A DNA stretch of 64,000 nt from Rhynchobatus australiae (Eukaryota). The notes below the pieces were generated by a model, which saw only the letters and a program-made list of their open reading frames with translations, had not been told where the DNA came from and did no database searches. This document shows positions 1-13,400 of the stretch, in pieces. Position 1 is the stretch's first letter. Each line of letters begins with the position of its first letter. The position numbers were made by a program, and so were the translations under genes. The stretch lies in NCBI GenBank assembly GCA_034780895.1, contig JAUZTB010000027.1, positions 38,293,631 through 38,357,630 of the forward strand, in the 5' to 3' direction.

Positions 1-1384
1 CAAGAGGCCCACTCCTGCACCTATTTTCTTATGTTCTTATGAGTTGTGTGGGTGTAGGAATACTAGCTTTTTTGGAGTAACAAAGGTGAGACTTGGAAAA
101 ATATATAGTGTTCCAAGAGGGAGTATTGACTTTAAAATCACCTGGAGATACAAAATGGAGGTTGGGACTGAGAAGGGGATTGGATGTATTAGCTTTTGTA
201 TTTGTGCATAACTGGCCAGAAATGTTGCTGGGGTTTACACAAGTTTGTAACAAATATTCATCAAGGCAGATACTTATTAGAAATTGAAATAAATTCAGGA
301 AGAACATTAGTGATAACAGGCAAAAATTCCTAGTGTTATGGTACTAGCAGCAATCTTTGAAATTAACAGCCGATGGTGATGAAAGCTTTTTGAACAATTT
401 TATGTTAATTTTTGACCATTCTTCTTTGAGTAACTTATTGAATTGTCATTTCTGCAATTGTTTTCTCCGCATGATCAGATGAGGGAATGCAATTTCAGCG
501 ATTAATTTCCAGGTTGCCTTTTAGTTTAAGCAATTTGTGAAATTTACTTTAGTGGATGTTCATTTCTGTCAAACTATTGTTATTAGTACACTGATTCAAA
601 ATATGGGGAAAGGTTAATTGTATAAAACTCTATAATAGGGTGACAAATCTAATTTGTTTTTGGTCAATGCCCAAATTTTTGCCATCAATGCAAGTTTAAA
701 ACAAACCTTATGACTCAAATTAGACTTTATGGTTCGTTGTCCAACAGGGGTTAGAATCAAGGATCACATGTAGAAGTCATCAATTCAGGAAAAGATGAAA
801 AGTTTCTTCACCCAGAGGAAGGGGGTGATTTTTTTTGGACTTCTCCATCCAAGAGCACTGTGGAGGCTTCTAGCCTCCATGAATATATTCAAGGATGAGT
901 GATAAATTTTTAGATATTAATGAAATCTGGGTTAGTGCAGGAAAGTGCCACTGAGTTAAAAGATCAGCTGTGATCTTATTGAATATCAGAGCAGGCACAA
1001 GGGCCAGATGGCCTATTTGCACTTAACTTGCTATAGAGCATCCTATTGGTTGCAGATTTATGCATTTGCTGCGCATTTATTACCTCTTATGTGTACAATT
1101 GAATTTGAGAATGTGTTAACAGGACCATGCTGGTGGTCCTAATTCACTTAAATGGCTACTGGATAAGGAAATTTCTGGCATTTTGAAAGTTTAACAAAAT
1201 TATTCATTCATTGGAAACTGAATAATGCAATTACAGAATAGTAATGATTTTTATTTTGCATGAGTATATCCAGTATGCTTGTGTAGTAGAACACCAATGA
1301 TGCAGCACACTCAGAACGTTGGTGCCAGACAAGCAGATTTTCTGGAGTATTGGGCATTATTCATTATTAATTTTTTTCAGATGT

Positions 1385-1725
1385 TACATTGTATTGGAGG
1401 CAGATACGTTGAACAGGTTCAAGAGGTTGTTGGATAGGCATATGGAGGAGTGTGGGATAGAAGGATATGCAGGAAGAAAGGGTTAGATGGTGTGAGGTGT
1501 GGTTTGATGGGCGGCACAACACGGTGGGCCGAAGGGCCTGTATTGTGCTGTANNNNNNNNNNNNNNNNNNNNNNNNNNNNNNNNNNNNNNNNNNNNNNNN
1601 NNNNNNNNNNNNNNNNNNNNNNNNNNNNNNNNNNNNNNNNNNNNNNNNNNNNGAGGTGTGGTTTGATGGGCGGCACAACACGGTGGGCCGAAGGGCCTGT
1701 ATTGTGCTGTATTGTTCTATGGTAT
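1385..1725 (+). mobile_element. CR1/HER1-like LINE 3' end (duplicated across a 100-N gap)
   Basis: Elasmobranch LINE tail ...gtgggccgaagggcctgtattgtgctgtattgttctatg. Confidence 0.75.
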
Positions 1726-2556
1726 TATAATAAATTTCCCAGTGAGCTAATGTCTAAAGGGAACTTGGGAACTGGGGCCTCAGCAAGTGAGGAGGGAGCA
1801 TGGCAAACATTACCTGATGATAGCTTATACTGTCACTGATAATTTTTATTTTCATCCCCGGCTGCAACCCATTGCCAAATGAGGATAGAGAGAAGATATG
1901 GCTTATTGATATTGTAAATATTTTACAAAGTTTATGGTTGACCAAAAGAAATACTGATTCCCACAGTTACTTGTACCACTTGTGTGCCACTTTCAATGCT
2001 TTTGCCTGTAGAGGCTGTTTGTATGTTCACCTATTGATTTGGGTCTTTTTGAGCATTTATTATCCATTCCTAATTGTGCTTGAACTCAGAAGGTATTTGA
2101 GTTGATCACATTCCTGGGTCAGGAGTCACATATAGGTTAGACTGAGTAAGGACCGCAGTTTTCCTTCCCTGAAGACATTAGTGAACCAGATTGATTTTTA
2201 TAACAATCCAGTAGTTTTGTGTTTACTTCTGCTGAGGCTAACATTTTTTTCTAAATCCCAGAATTTTGTTTAATTTATTTTAAAGTACTTGATTTTATAT
2301 TCCTCTTAATTTTGCAATTTTCTGCTCATGCAACGTAGTAGTCTTTTCAACACAGGTTAACAGCATTAAACTCTGAAAAATTGATGTACGTGCCAGTTAT
2401 AGTTTAACTGTGTATTTACTATGAAGGGAGCATTGAATGCAAGGATAATACTTATGTCCTTACTGATGCATTAATGCAATGAATTTAGTGAAAGTCCTAG
2501 TTTCTAAATGCATATTGAAGAATTGTTAACACAAAATTATTAAATCTTTTTCAAAG

Positions 2557-2672
2557 CTATTTCCAAAAGTCTGGAGCCAGTGTCTGGTCAGTTGAATAAT
2601 CAGATTGCAACCAAGCTTGCAGCAATTGAAGGAATATTAAAAGAAAATGTAACAAAAATGGTAAAATCTAAG
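2557..2672 (+). CDS. EDC4: EDC4 internal coding exon (xISKSLEPVSGQLNNQIATKLAAIEGILKENVTKMVKSK)
   Basis: Acceptor ttttcaaAG at 2555-2556, donor GTaaga at 2673. 116 nt = 2 nt + 38 codons. Translation resembles human EDC4 VSRSLEPMAGQLSNSVATKLTAVEGSMKENISKLLKSK (recalled). Earlier exons lie outside the window. Confidence 0.93.
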
Positions 2673-3843
2673 GTAAGAATTTTGACCATTTAAATATTAA
2701 AATATTTTCAATTCCACCTTGTATAATGTGACCTAGATGGAAAAAAAAGATGGATTATTTTATTATTCAGTTAATCTATTTCTGCAAGTTTACATATTTC
2801 ACATCCCAATCATGTCTTCCCTGTTGCGCCCATTACATTTGCTTCTCTTTTCTCTGGGGTTTCCTTTCCTACTGTCAGTTACCATCTCCATGCTGGCTGT
2901 CTAGATCATTGACTTCTCCATGGTTGTTGTCGATGTTACCCAGTATTAGGGATCTTTTCTTAGAATGCAGGCNNNNNNNNNNNNNNNNNNNNNNNNNNNN
3001 NNNNNNNNNNNNNNNNNNNNNNNNNNNNNNNNNNNNNNNNNNNNNNNNNNNNNNNNNNNNNNNNNNNNNNNNNNNNNNNNNNNNNNNNNNNNNNNNNNNN
3101 NNNNNNNNNNNNNNNNNNNNNNNNNNNNNNNNNNNNNNNNNNNNNNNNNNNNNNNNNNNNNNNNNNNNNNNNNNNNNNNNNNNNNNNNNNNNNNNNNNNN
3201 NNNNNNNNNNNNNNNNNNNNNNNNNNNNNNNNNNNNNNNNNNNNNNNNNNNNNNNNNNNNNNNNNNNNNNNNNNNNNNNNNNNNNNNNNNNNNNNNNNNN
3301 NNNNNNNNNNNNNNNNNNNNNNNNNNNNNNNNNNNNNNNNNNNNNNNNNNNNNNNNNNNNNNNNNNNNNNNNNNNNNNNNNNNNNNNNNNNNNNNNNNNN
3401 NNNNNNNNNNNNNNNNNNNNNNNNNNNNNNNNNNNNNNNNNNNNNNNNNNNNNNNNNNNNNNNNNNNNNNNNNNNNNNNNNNNNNNNNNNNNNNNNNNNN
3501 NNNNNNNNNNNNNNNNNNNNNNNNNNNNNNNNNNNNNNNNNNNNNNNNNNNNNNNNNNNNNNNNNNNNNNNNNNNNNNNNNNNNNNNNNNNNNNNNNNNN
3601 NNNNNNNNNNNNNNNNNNNNNNNNNNNNNNNNNNNNNNNNNNNNNNNNNNNNNNNNNNNNNNNNNNNNNNNNNNNNNNNNNNNNNNNNNNNNNNNNNNNN
3701 NNNNNNNNGGTTGGGGAAAGGAGAGGAGAGTTGGTGGAGGTTGTATGGTTGCGTGTGATGCAAAGAATGACTTGATAAAGTTAATATTACCTCTTGGGTA
3801 AACAACTTCTGGGGAGAAAGAAGGCAGGACTTGTAGTACTACA

Positions 3844-3979
3844 AGCTTGCTGCATTGTATGACTGAAAATGCACATTTATGTGTGCCGAAACAATGTACT
3901 GGAGCCCAACCAGCTTGCTGCATTGTATGACTGAAAATGCACATTTATGTGTGCCGAAACAATGTACTGGAGCCCAACC
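3844..3979. repeat. Perfect 2 x 68 bp tandem duplication in an EDC4 intron
   Basis: agcttgctgcattgtatg...actggagcccaacc occurs at 3844-3911 and 3912-3979. Confidence 0.95.
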
Positions 3980-4116
3980 ATACAACCCTGGAAGGCTGCC
4001 AGCATCAAGTACTACTTTTCCTTATTTAAAGTTTTACTTGAATGTTTGTTTTTATCCAGTTTGAAAGCATCAGATGTGCTTGGTTTACTTTTTTCTTTTC
4101 TGGCTTGTGGTTGCAG

Positions 4117-4282
4117 AACACTGCAGAGAGTATTGGAAGAGCTGCAGCTGATGCTTTGCAAGGACCAATACAAACTACATACAGAGAGGCATTCCAGAGC
4201 ATAGTTGTACCAGTGTTTGAAAAAGCATGCCAGTCAATGTTCCAGCAAATAAATGACAGCTTCAAACAGGGAACTCAGGAAT
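4117..4282 (+). CDS. EDC4: EDC4 coding exon (NTAESIGRAAADALQGPIQTTYREAFQSIVVPVFEKACQSMFQQINDSFKQGTQE)
   Basis: Polypyrimidine tract and ttgcAG at 4115-4116, donor GTaggt at 4283. 166 nt, phase 0 to 1, in frame with flanking exons. Contains the EDC4 FEK.CQ.MFQQI motif. Confidence 0.95.
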
Positions 4283-4654
4283 GTAGGTGTTACTTTATTC
4301 CTTAATATTCTTTATAGTCACAATGAGCCAAAACTCTACATACTTAAGACAAAACTTTGATTCTTCTAACAGTGGTACTGATGATTTTTTTTTCATTTTA
4401 TGGTAAAATCAAAGGGTTGTATTGAATTGGAGCAGTACTGAGCAGGCAGATTTGGATTCAGTTAATATTCTGGGCTGAATTAGCTGATTTGTGTTGTGCT
4501 AGTGGTTGTGGGAGGGTTGGAAGATCTAGCAATGGGACAGCCGTTGGATCAGGAAGGAGAGAGTTCCTGATTCAGACAACTTGTAATTGATTCCTGCTTG
4601 TGTGTATTGTCATCAGGTAAGGAAAAGCTGACCTTTGGAATGTTGAGACAAATA

Positions 4655-4900
4655 GACTGAGGAGGTCAGACGAATGGAAAGAAGGGGAGGAAAGGGGATG
4701 GACAGATGGAGAGGAGGGAAGGGGAGTGAGGGAGGGGGTTATCCAGAAGGAAAGGAGGGGAGGGGAAGGGAAAGACGGCCTGGGATGGGTGGAGGAAGGG
4801 AGGTGGTTGGATGGAGAGGACTGGATAGAAGGATGAAGGAAGTATTAAAGTGGGTCAGACAGATGGAGAGAAGGGGAGGGAGGGATATGGAAAGATAGAA
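4655..4900. repeat. Purine-rich (GGA/GA) low-complexity tract
   Basis: Strongly G/A-biased sequence on the + strand. Confidence 0.7.
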
Positions 4901-5225
4901 TGAAGATGGTGATCAGTGAGAAAGGGCTGAGAATTACAGGAAGGAAAAATGTTTTTAATAGAAGGCTTGGGGATTGTTTAGGATGGAAGGTCTGAGGATG
5001 CAAGTAGATGGCTTAGCATCGGCAAAATGTGTCAGAGATGGGGGTGTTTGGGAATGGTAATTGACTGATACAGGGTGATACAGGCTTCTCTGCCCTGATG
5101 ACAGTCATAAGATCATAACGAAAGCAAATTGTGCATTGTTTTTAGATGAAATCAAAAAAGTAATTTTCAATTCACTCACTAATCTAGGATGCTTACATTT
5201 TAAAACATGCATTTCACCCACATAG

Positions 5226-5412
5226 ATATCCAGCAACTTGAGACCCACCTTCAATCAAAGAAGACCCAAGAGCAAGAAGTCAGAGATCCAATGATCAGTC
5301 AACTGCAACAAATGATTGATCACTTTCAGAATGCCACAGATCACCTTGCTGCTACCATCACAAATGGTATGCGTTCAGAGATGCAACATCAGCTTCACAT
5401 CATTGTTGGCAA
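5226..5412 (+). CDS. EDC4: EDC4 coding exon (YIQQLETHLQSKKTQEQEVRDPMISQLQQMIDHFQNATDHLAATITNGMRSEMQHQLHIIVG)
   Basis: catAG at 5224-5225, donor GTgagt at 5413. 187 nt, phase 1 to 2; the split codon T+AT gives Tyr, as in human EYLQQLESH. Confidence 0.94.
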
Positions 5413-6332
5413 GTGAGTAGCAAAAGGCTAGTTATGTTACTACTTAGTGTTGTGATAAAATGTAGATGCTATGAATGTGTTGTCATGATGCCACCAGGAC
5501 CAAGGCTTAAGTTAAACCAAGATGTCAGTGATCTTCTATTGTAAAATTTTTGAGTTCCACCAACCAAGTTGCTGAGGGTACAGTGTAGAAAATAATTTTG
5601 TACTGCTGTAGAGAATATTTTGAGCTCGGTTACATGCCATTTCAGTACAAAGTAGAGGGAACTTCTAGAGCATAAATGGCTTTGCAAAACCCAGTCAAAG
5701 AATGCTTGATGCAATCTAGTGGATAGATTTTCAACCTGTCTTTACACTGATGCTGATTGTCTGCTGTCATAGAAATCACCTAATTTTAATGTTCATTAAC
5801 TTCAATAAAAATGGAAAATGGGCACTTTACATAATACTCAACTATTCCACAAAACTAATTTTTTCCCCACTTAGTCAACAGCTAAATGTCTAGAATGGGA
5901 AAGTTGTCCATTTACCAGCATAAATTCTTCACTAATTGGAATTATCTGTGGAAATAAAATATATAATAACTAATTGGAACAAATAATATGGGGGTTTTAG
6001 TTCTGTGGTGATCCTCATGTCCTGAACAAGTGTTTCAACATGACATTCTGCACAACCAAAAATAGGCCTGCAATTGTCTTTCCTATGAGCTTATCCCTCC
6101 CTTGCTGGGAGCTGCAAATTGAGCTCAATGGGTGAGAGCATTTGGTACCTACAGAAGGTGCAATAGGTGGTCTTAGTTTGCCAAAATGGTAGCATGTTTG
6201 TTTTATAACCTGTGTAACATACATTTCCATTCAGATTCTGGGACATATTCCTTACTAATATGTACTTTTGCTCAAATCATAAGGTACAAAATCAAAATAT
6301 TGTGGGTTGTGCAAATATGAAATAAAACAATA

Positions 6333-6726
6333 CAGTAAAACTCTGACAATCTAGCATCCTCAGGACTTTGGTGCTGGACTAGTAGATTTTCTGGATGATT
6401 ACTTGTTACTGTTTTACTACCCAAATATACTTATGTCGTTATTTTCAATGTTATACAGGAGTATAATAAATTTCACAGTGAGTTTAAAGGGAGTGGGGAA
6501 TATACAAGCCTGCCGGACCCCAGCTCCATTCACAGAGCCGGCCCACAGTCCGGACCCCAACCCCAGCTCTGGTTGCAAATATGACCCACATTCTGGATCA
6601 TGGCCCCAGCCGCACTTCCCATTTGCTCTCTGGACCCCAGTTCACATTCTGGATGAATGAGTGAGCCAGAAGCCAGACCATCACAATCACTGAACAATTG
6701 GATGCTGGGTGATCAAAGCTTTATTG
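6333..6726. mobile_element. Degenerate non-autonomous DNA transposon (MITE), Tc1/mariner-pogo/Tigger-like
   Basis: Left end TA|CAGTAAAACTCTGACAATCTAGCATCC (6333-6359) matches the reverse complement of 6700-6726 at 20/27 positions. A related left-end fragment lies at about 1283-1360. Confidence 0.5.
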
Positions 6727-7641
6727 AACTGTGAATTTTCTTCTCGATCATTATGATTGAATAAGCCATTATGTATCACTCTAATATTCCATTCTGTTTT
6801 CAACTACAACAAGTTGTACATTTCGTACTTCGAGTGCAATGAAAAATGAAGGTGTACTCCTTGATGAGAGCTTTTGTAAATTATGACCATTTTTCAATAC
6901 AAAGTCCATAACCATTTTTGTAACATGTTAAACCTTAATAAATTTGGCTTTTCAAAGGATGTGGGAATTTACTACACGGGTGGCTATTTGGCCCATTGAG
7001 TCTTTGTTGGCCCAATTCTACTTTCCAGCCTTTAGTCTGTAGCCAAACATTAGTATAAACCTGTATGGATCTGAGCAAGGTGAAAGAATTTTAAATCATC
7101 AACAGTAATTGAACAAATTGCATATCCACACTATGTATTCTAAACCTAAATAGCATGTGCTGTGCCATGTTTGGCAGGATCACAGTTAATTTTTAGTCTT
7201 TAAACTGGATACACGCAGGTGCTGGCCTGCTTTTTCTTTGCCTGTAAGGCAGCCTAATTCTTTAGTGAGTCACCTGCTGTAGCATCTTGAGATCTCTGGA
7301 TAATGCCCCCATGGGATAAAACTCAGGTGGATCCACTGCCGCTGAATACATGTGTAGTGTGAAATTTTAAAAACAGAATATTTGTAGTTATGTACAGATT
7401 CTTTTGATATTATTCTATACATAATTTTAAGGCCAGTTGAAAAGCATCATATAAAAATTAGAATATTTAACTGCAGATTAAAATTTGATTTTTTTTCCTT
7501 ATTTGTCATAAATGAAATGCATAGTTCAGCATGCTAATTATTGGATAAGAGACAGTCTGTTTATCAAGTGTATCCACAGCATTTTCCATATATAGGACTT
7601 AATGAAAAATGCTTCATGACATTAATAATGATTTCCAACAG

Positions 7642-7861
7642 TTTGCAGGAATCAATTTTAACTCAAGTGCAAAGAATTGTTAAAGGAGAAGTTGGTCTCG
7701 CAATGAAGGAACAACAGGCTGCTGTTGCTTCTAGCATTATGCAGGCCATGCGATCAGCTGCTGGCACCCCAATCCCATCAACTCACATGGATTTCCAATC
7801 CCAGCAGGCCCACGTTTTGCAGCTGTTGCAGCAGGGACAACTTAACCAAGCTTTTCAACAG
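7642..7861 (+). CDS. EDC4: EDC4 coding exon (NLQESILTQVQRIVKGEVGLAMKEQQAAVASSIMQAMRSAAGTP...QLLQQGQLNQAFQQ)
   Basis: aacAG at 7640-7641, donor GTatgg at 7862. 220 nt, phase 2 to 0. Near-identical to human LQESILAQVQRIVKGEV...MQAMRSAAGTP. Confidence 0.96.
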
Positions 7862-9989
7862 GTATGGGTAGGAGATTAATGAAGCCTATTACTGTGAGAT
7901 GAAAAATACATTTATCTGGTTTATTTCATGAAATACTTTACATTCCTTGCTTTTAATAGATTTAACCTTTTTACGTGCAAACGTTTAGTATCCCATTAAG
8001 ATTTGCATGCCACGTAGAGATATTTTGGTCAAGTGATCCAGTTTTGTTCATATGAACAGCAGTTTTCAGTACATACTAAATGTTCTCCAGTTCTTTTTGC
8101 TGAATTTCACATCAGCTTAATTTTTGGAAGGTTTATTATTGGAAAAAGTTCCAGAAAATGCTTGTGCAGTGCCATTTGTTATATAAAGACCGGTCAAAAG
8201 ACATATTTCTGGTGGAGATGAAGTTTGATATTTATTGGCTGACACTCTTATATCAGTTGTTATAGAAAGTCTTTTTTGAATCTTTGATTCTAATAGATGC
8301 TGCACAATTTTAGCATTTACATTAAATGTCATATATTTTTCCAAGTTACTGATGTTTCTGCTGCCTAATACCAGAATGATAAAACTAGCANNNNNNNNNN
8401 NNCTTGAAGTTAGTACTTTAAAAATACATAATCCAATTCTGTCTTTAAACTTTAGGTCAGAAAGATTGGATATATACAAAAGAAGTTGTATTTATTTGTT
8501 ACATAAACTAACTTGCAAACTTTCACAGTGCATTACTATCTGATTTAATAATTTAAAAAGTAAATTTGATAGACATTTCCTCATCAAAATAAAATTGTTA
8601 CTTCAGTTTTAACATTGTACCTGCATTGATATTTGCTTGTTTGAGTGTTCATTGTTCTGCCTGTTCAAGTGACTATTAGATAAGGTAATTTAAAGGGAAT
8701 AATATCTAATGAATCTCCATATTTTGAACTGAATTCTGAGAATGGACAGCAACTTTCTAAATAGGGAAGGTTATTCACTATGGCCGACATAGTTAACGTG
8801 CAATTATCCTGAAGTGACATGAACACTAATTCCCTATCATGATATTTTCAAGATAACAACAAAAGTATTTAAATTGCACTGGCTGCTTAGTCCCTATAAG
8901 ACTTGGCAGTTTACGTGTGCAGTGAATCAGAAGTGCCCTGAGGTCTCCTTGGGTCTGTTGTATGAAACAGTTAATTAAACTACAGTTTTTAAGTGGTCCT
9001 GAAGTCCACCACGTTAAAACATCTAACTTTTTGCTCTCGTGAAAATGAAACTGTTTGTCTACTTTGTAAAAATCTAAGGCTGCCAGCTATTCACTAGTTT
9101 AGCATGTGTGGTTGATGTGAACACATGGATTTCACATATTAGCAGTTTGAGAAAGGCAAAAAAAAGCTCTACCTATTGTGCTAGGTTGATGGGAGGAAAT
9201 GAGAAATGGTGGCTTCTGCATGGAGAGGGTCCGAGGTGTTTGGAGGGGGGAAGGTTTAGAGAGAAATGGAGGTTACATGCTTATGGATAGGCAAGCCCAA
9301 AGAGGGGCTTGACATGAGAATTTGAAATTGCATCATTAAAGCTTATAAATGGCAAAGCATTTACCATTGAAACATTCAAGAATGTTGGTATTCTATGATT
9401 ATTTAATTGTGTGTTTAAATCATAATTAAGTTATGATTAATATTAGTTGCTTGACAAGAATCCATTTTTTAAAATCACTTAGTAGCCCTGTTTTTCCAAT
9501 TCATCAGAACTTTTGGTTTGTTGTCTGTGTTTCTACAGTGAACCAGTAATGTGACTACTTTTAATTTTTCAACTTGAAAATGGAGTATATGACCAATTCA
9601 TTCTGTACTACTCATTGAGTTCTTCATAATCTATTTCCAATATTCCAGTTCTGGTTGAGTATGTAAGAGCCATATATGCTTTTGAGAGTATTGAGTTTTG
9701 CACTTGAATTTCTTGCATTGACACTGTGAAGGCCCATGGTTCCATTATCTAAAACTACTATTGACAAATATTTGCAGCACAGAAACAGGCTGTTCAGCTC
9801 AACAAGATCCATGCTAGTCGCATGTTTATGTTCCACACATGTGCTTATCTAACTCCCCTTTAAGTGTGTGAATATATGTCTGATTCTAACTAGTTGCAGT
9901 AAAGAAGTTTTAGATATTTGTAGAAAAATTACAACACAAAATGGTTAGTTGGCCCAGAGACAATCCCAGTTCCAAATAGTCCCAGACCA

Positions 9990-11570
9990 GCCATGAGTTG
10001 TGGCAGGGCTTGCTTGCTACAGTGGGCTACAAATCGGTCGGGCAGCATAGTCAACAACAGCACACCCCTTCCTGATGAGCTTAACGCATTCTATGCACGT
10101 TTTGAACAGAATGGGATTGGTTTGTCAACACCCACCCTGACAGCCTCCAATGCAATTGAACCCGTGGTCACTGTTAAGGACAAGATCAGTCTTCCAGAGA
10201 GTAAACCCGAGGAAAGCATCTGGCCTGGGTGGTGTCCCTGGCCGTGTCCTCAGATATTGTGCTGATCAGCTGGTGGGGGTTTTTGCAAACATATTTAACC
10301 TCTCCCTGCTTCAATCTGAGGTTCCCACCTGTTTTAGGAATACCACTATCATCCCAGTACCTAAGAAAAACTAGGTAACATACCTTAATGACTACCAACC
10401 GGTGGCTCTGACATGCACCATCATGAAGTGCTTTGAGAGGCTGGTCATGGCACCCGGCAACCTCGACCCACTGCAGTTTGCTTACTGCCTAAACAGGTCT
10501 ATGGTAGACACCATCTCCCTGGCCCTACACTCGTCTCTGGAGCATCTGGACAGTAAAGACATCAATGTTAGACTATTGTTTATTGACTACAGCTCCGGCT
10601 TCAATACAATAATTCCAAGCAAACTCATCATCAAACTCCGAGACCTGGGAATCAACACCTCCCTCTGTAACTGGATCCTTGACTTTCTGACCAACAGATC
10701 GCAGTCAGTGAGGATAGGCAGCAACACCTCCAACATGATTATTCTCAACACTGGTGCCCCATAAAGCTGCGTCCTCGGCATTCTACTCCCTATACACTCA
10801 TGACTGCATGCCCAAATTCTGCTCTAACTCCATCTACAAGTTTGCAGATGATACCACCGTAGTGGGCAGTATCTCAAATAACGATGAGTCAGAGTACAGG
10901 AAGGAGAGAGAGCGCTTAGTGATATGGTGTCATGACAACAACCTTTCCTTCAATGTCAGCAAAACAAAAGAGCTGGTCATTGACTTCAGGAAAGGGGGCG
11001 GTGTACATGCACCTGTCTACTTCAATGGTGCTGAGGTCGAGAGAGTTGAGAGCTTCGTTCTTAGGAGTGAACATCACCAATAGCCTGTCCTGGTCCAAAC
11101 ATGTAGATGCTACGGCAAAGAAAGCTCACCAGCACCTCTACTTCTTCAAGAGGCTAAAGAAATTTGGCACACCCCCTTTGACACTCACCAACTTTTATCG
11201 GTGCACCATAGAAAGCATCCTATTTGGATGCATTGCAGCTTGGTATGGCAGCTGCTCTGCCCGGAACTGCAAGAAACTGCAGAGAGCACAGAGCCCAGCT
11301 CATCATGGAAACCAGCCTCCCCTCCATGGACTCCATCTATACCTCCCACTGCCATGGTGAAGCAGCCAACGTAATCAAAGACCCACCCACCTGGGTCGTT
11401 CTCTCTTGTCTCCTCTCCCATCAGGCAGAAGATATAGGACCCTGGGGGCACGTGTATCACCAGGTTCAAGGACGGCTTCTATCCCACTGTGATAAGACTA
11501 TTGAACGGTTCCCTTATACAATGAGATGGACTCTTGAACTCACAATCTACCTTGTTATGAGCTTGCACCT
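9990..11570 (+). mobile_element. 5'-truncated, decayed Rex1/Babar-like LINE (reverse transcriptase remnant)
   Basis: ORF pieces with [81 protein letters not shown] and NFYRCTIESIL. Broken by stops (10372, 10762) and frameshifts. Confidence 0.9.
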
Positions 11571-12649
11571 TAGAAGTAACTTCCCCACTCTCTTCACTTT
11601 TAGCAGTTGTTTTTTTCTTATCAGTCTTGTGTGCTTTTGATGCTACTCATTACTATACTGTAGTGGTATGGTTACCATATGAGTGATTGTTTTCTGTGTA
11701 TTTTACAACTTATTCTCAAAATCAACATGTAAAATTGAATCTTTTTATTATCCAGGGATAGCCTGTAAAGGAAAGCATTTTGTATGCCTTTTTAGTCACC
11801 TTGTTCACATATCCTCTTGTCTTTAAGAATGTGTGACCATACGCTCCATGTCCTTCTGGAACCTTGTCAAATGACTGCATCATAAAGGGGACTCTTGACA
11901 ATTCTTGGTTGGATTTGTCAGGGGCCATCATATATCTAGTCTTGCATGCAAGTGAACCAATGTGGTAACATGTTTCCTGAGAAAATAATACTGAATTGCA
12001 GTGTTTCGAGTTTTTTTCCATTTGGGAGCTATATGATCCATGTTTTTGTGGTTACGAATTGCCCAAAGGCATTAGTAATGCAATCTGAAAATCTCAACAT
12101 TAAATTACTTTCAAATAGAACTACTGCAAAGATTATATTACTGGGTACTGTCTACTGAAGGCAGATTCATTAAAGCTGAATTACTGCAACTGTGCTTTGT
12201 GTACAGTTTATAGAAATGATTGCCTGGCAATAACGGGCTTTTGTACTAAATTAGCAAACAGGATATTATTTTCTATGAATTAAGCATTCTCAAAGGAACT
12301 AAAATTAAGCATCAAGCCTTATTCAAGTAGTTTAATGTTGCCATAAATAAGGTTAAAGTTGCAAGTAATTAAGATTGTGTAGGGTGAAAAATAGTCTTTC
12401 TTTTATCGGATGCATTTTTTATTAAGTTATTATTGCACTCTACCATACTGTAACATCCCAAAGATGAGANNNNNNNNNNTGCATTGACTTGAGGACCTAA
12501 GCATGATACATTCTGTTGATTTGCAACTTTCCTGACATAACACTGCTGTCTATGGTTTACTTTGTGACTAGAGTCTGTTCCGATTTGGTCCAGTGCCTTT
12601 CCTCTACTAATTTTCTAATGTACGTTGTTTTTTTGTGTTTGTGAGTTGA

Positions 12650-13400
12650 AGCCTGTGACTGGCGGTGTACCACAGGGATCTATGCTGGGGTTTTTTCTGC
12701 TTTATACATTAAGGACTGAGATGTGAATTCAGGAGTTTGACTAATAAGTTTGCAGATGGCATGAAAATTAGTGGTGCTGATAGTGAGGAGGGTGGTCTTA
12801 GGCTATTGATCAGCTGGTAAGTCGGACAGGGCAATGGCAGATGGGATTTACTCCTGATAAGTGTGATGCATTTTGGAGGATCTAATACATGCACCATGAA
12901 TGGTAGGGTCCAAGGGAGTATTAAGGAACAAAGGGACTTTGGTGTACAAGTCCAAAAGATTACTGAAGATGGCAGCACAGGTAGATGGGGAAGTGAAGAA
13001 GGTATAGAACTTAAGATCAGAGAGGACTTAGAACAACTTGCTAAAACATTGTTAGGCCACAGCTGGAATATTGTGTGCAGTTCTGGTTGCCACACTATAG
13101 GAAGGACACGATGGCAGTGTCTAAGTTATGAGGGTCGGCTGGGTTTGTTTTCCTTGGAGCAGAGGAGGTTGAGGAAGGACCTGATAGAAGTGTACAAAAT
13201 TGAGAGGCGTAGATAGCAAGAAACTTTTCCTCATGATAGGTGTGTCTAAGAAAACATTCAAGAAGCATTTGGATGAGCATTTGAATTGCCAAGGCAATGC
13301 AGACTGCAGATCAGGTTCTGGTAAATGGGATGAGTATACTTAGTACTTGGGCTAAAAGGACTTGAACTTGGTTCTGTGCTGTATGATCTATGACTCTATA
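12650..13400 (+). mobile_element. Decayed CR1/HER1-like LINE 3' fragment
   Basis: GVPQGS-like and KFAD-like remnants, LGLFSLEQRRLRKDLIEVYKI, and tail ttctgtgctgtatgatctatgactcta. Confidence 0.85.

Noticed and set aside
1493-1712. 60-bp direct repeat on both sides of a 100-N gap; similar cases at 21718/21870, 23959/24066, 26106/26226 and 32175/32330
   Set aside because: These flank fixed-size 100-N gaps, so they most likely reflect contig-end overlaps or unresolved haplotypes rather than biological repeats.
2750-3944. Long ORFs in the track that span N runs (also near 17031, 18659, 40088, 51765, 61089)
   Set aside because: They are open only because N codons contain no stops.
4674-4898. Gly/Arg/Glu-rich ORF
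   Set aside because: By-product of a purine-rich intronic tract; no splice or homology support.
9993-11640. Possible active or domesticated reverse transcriptase gene
   Set aside because: Multiple stops and frameshifts, and no endonuclease region: a dead LINE copy.
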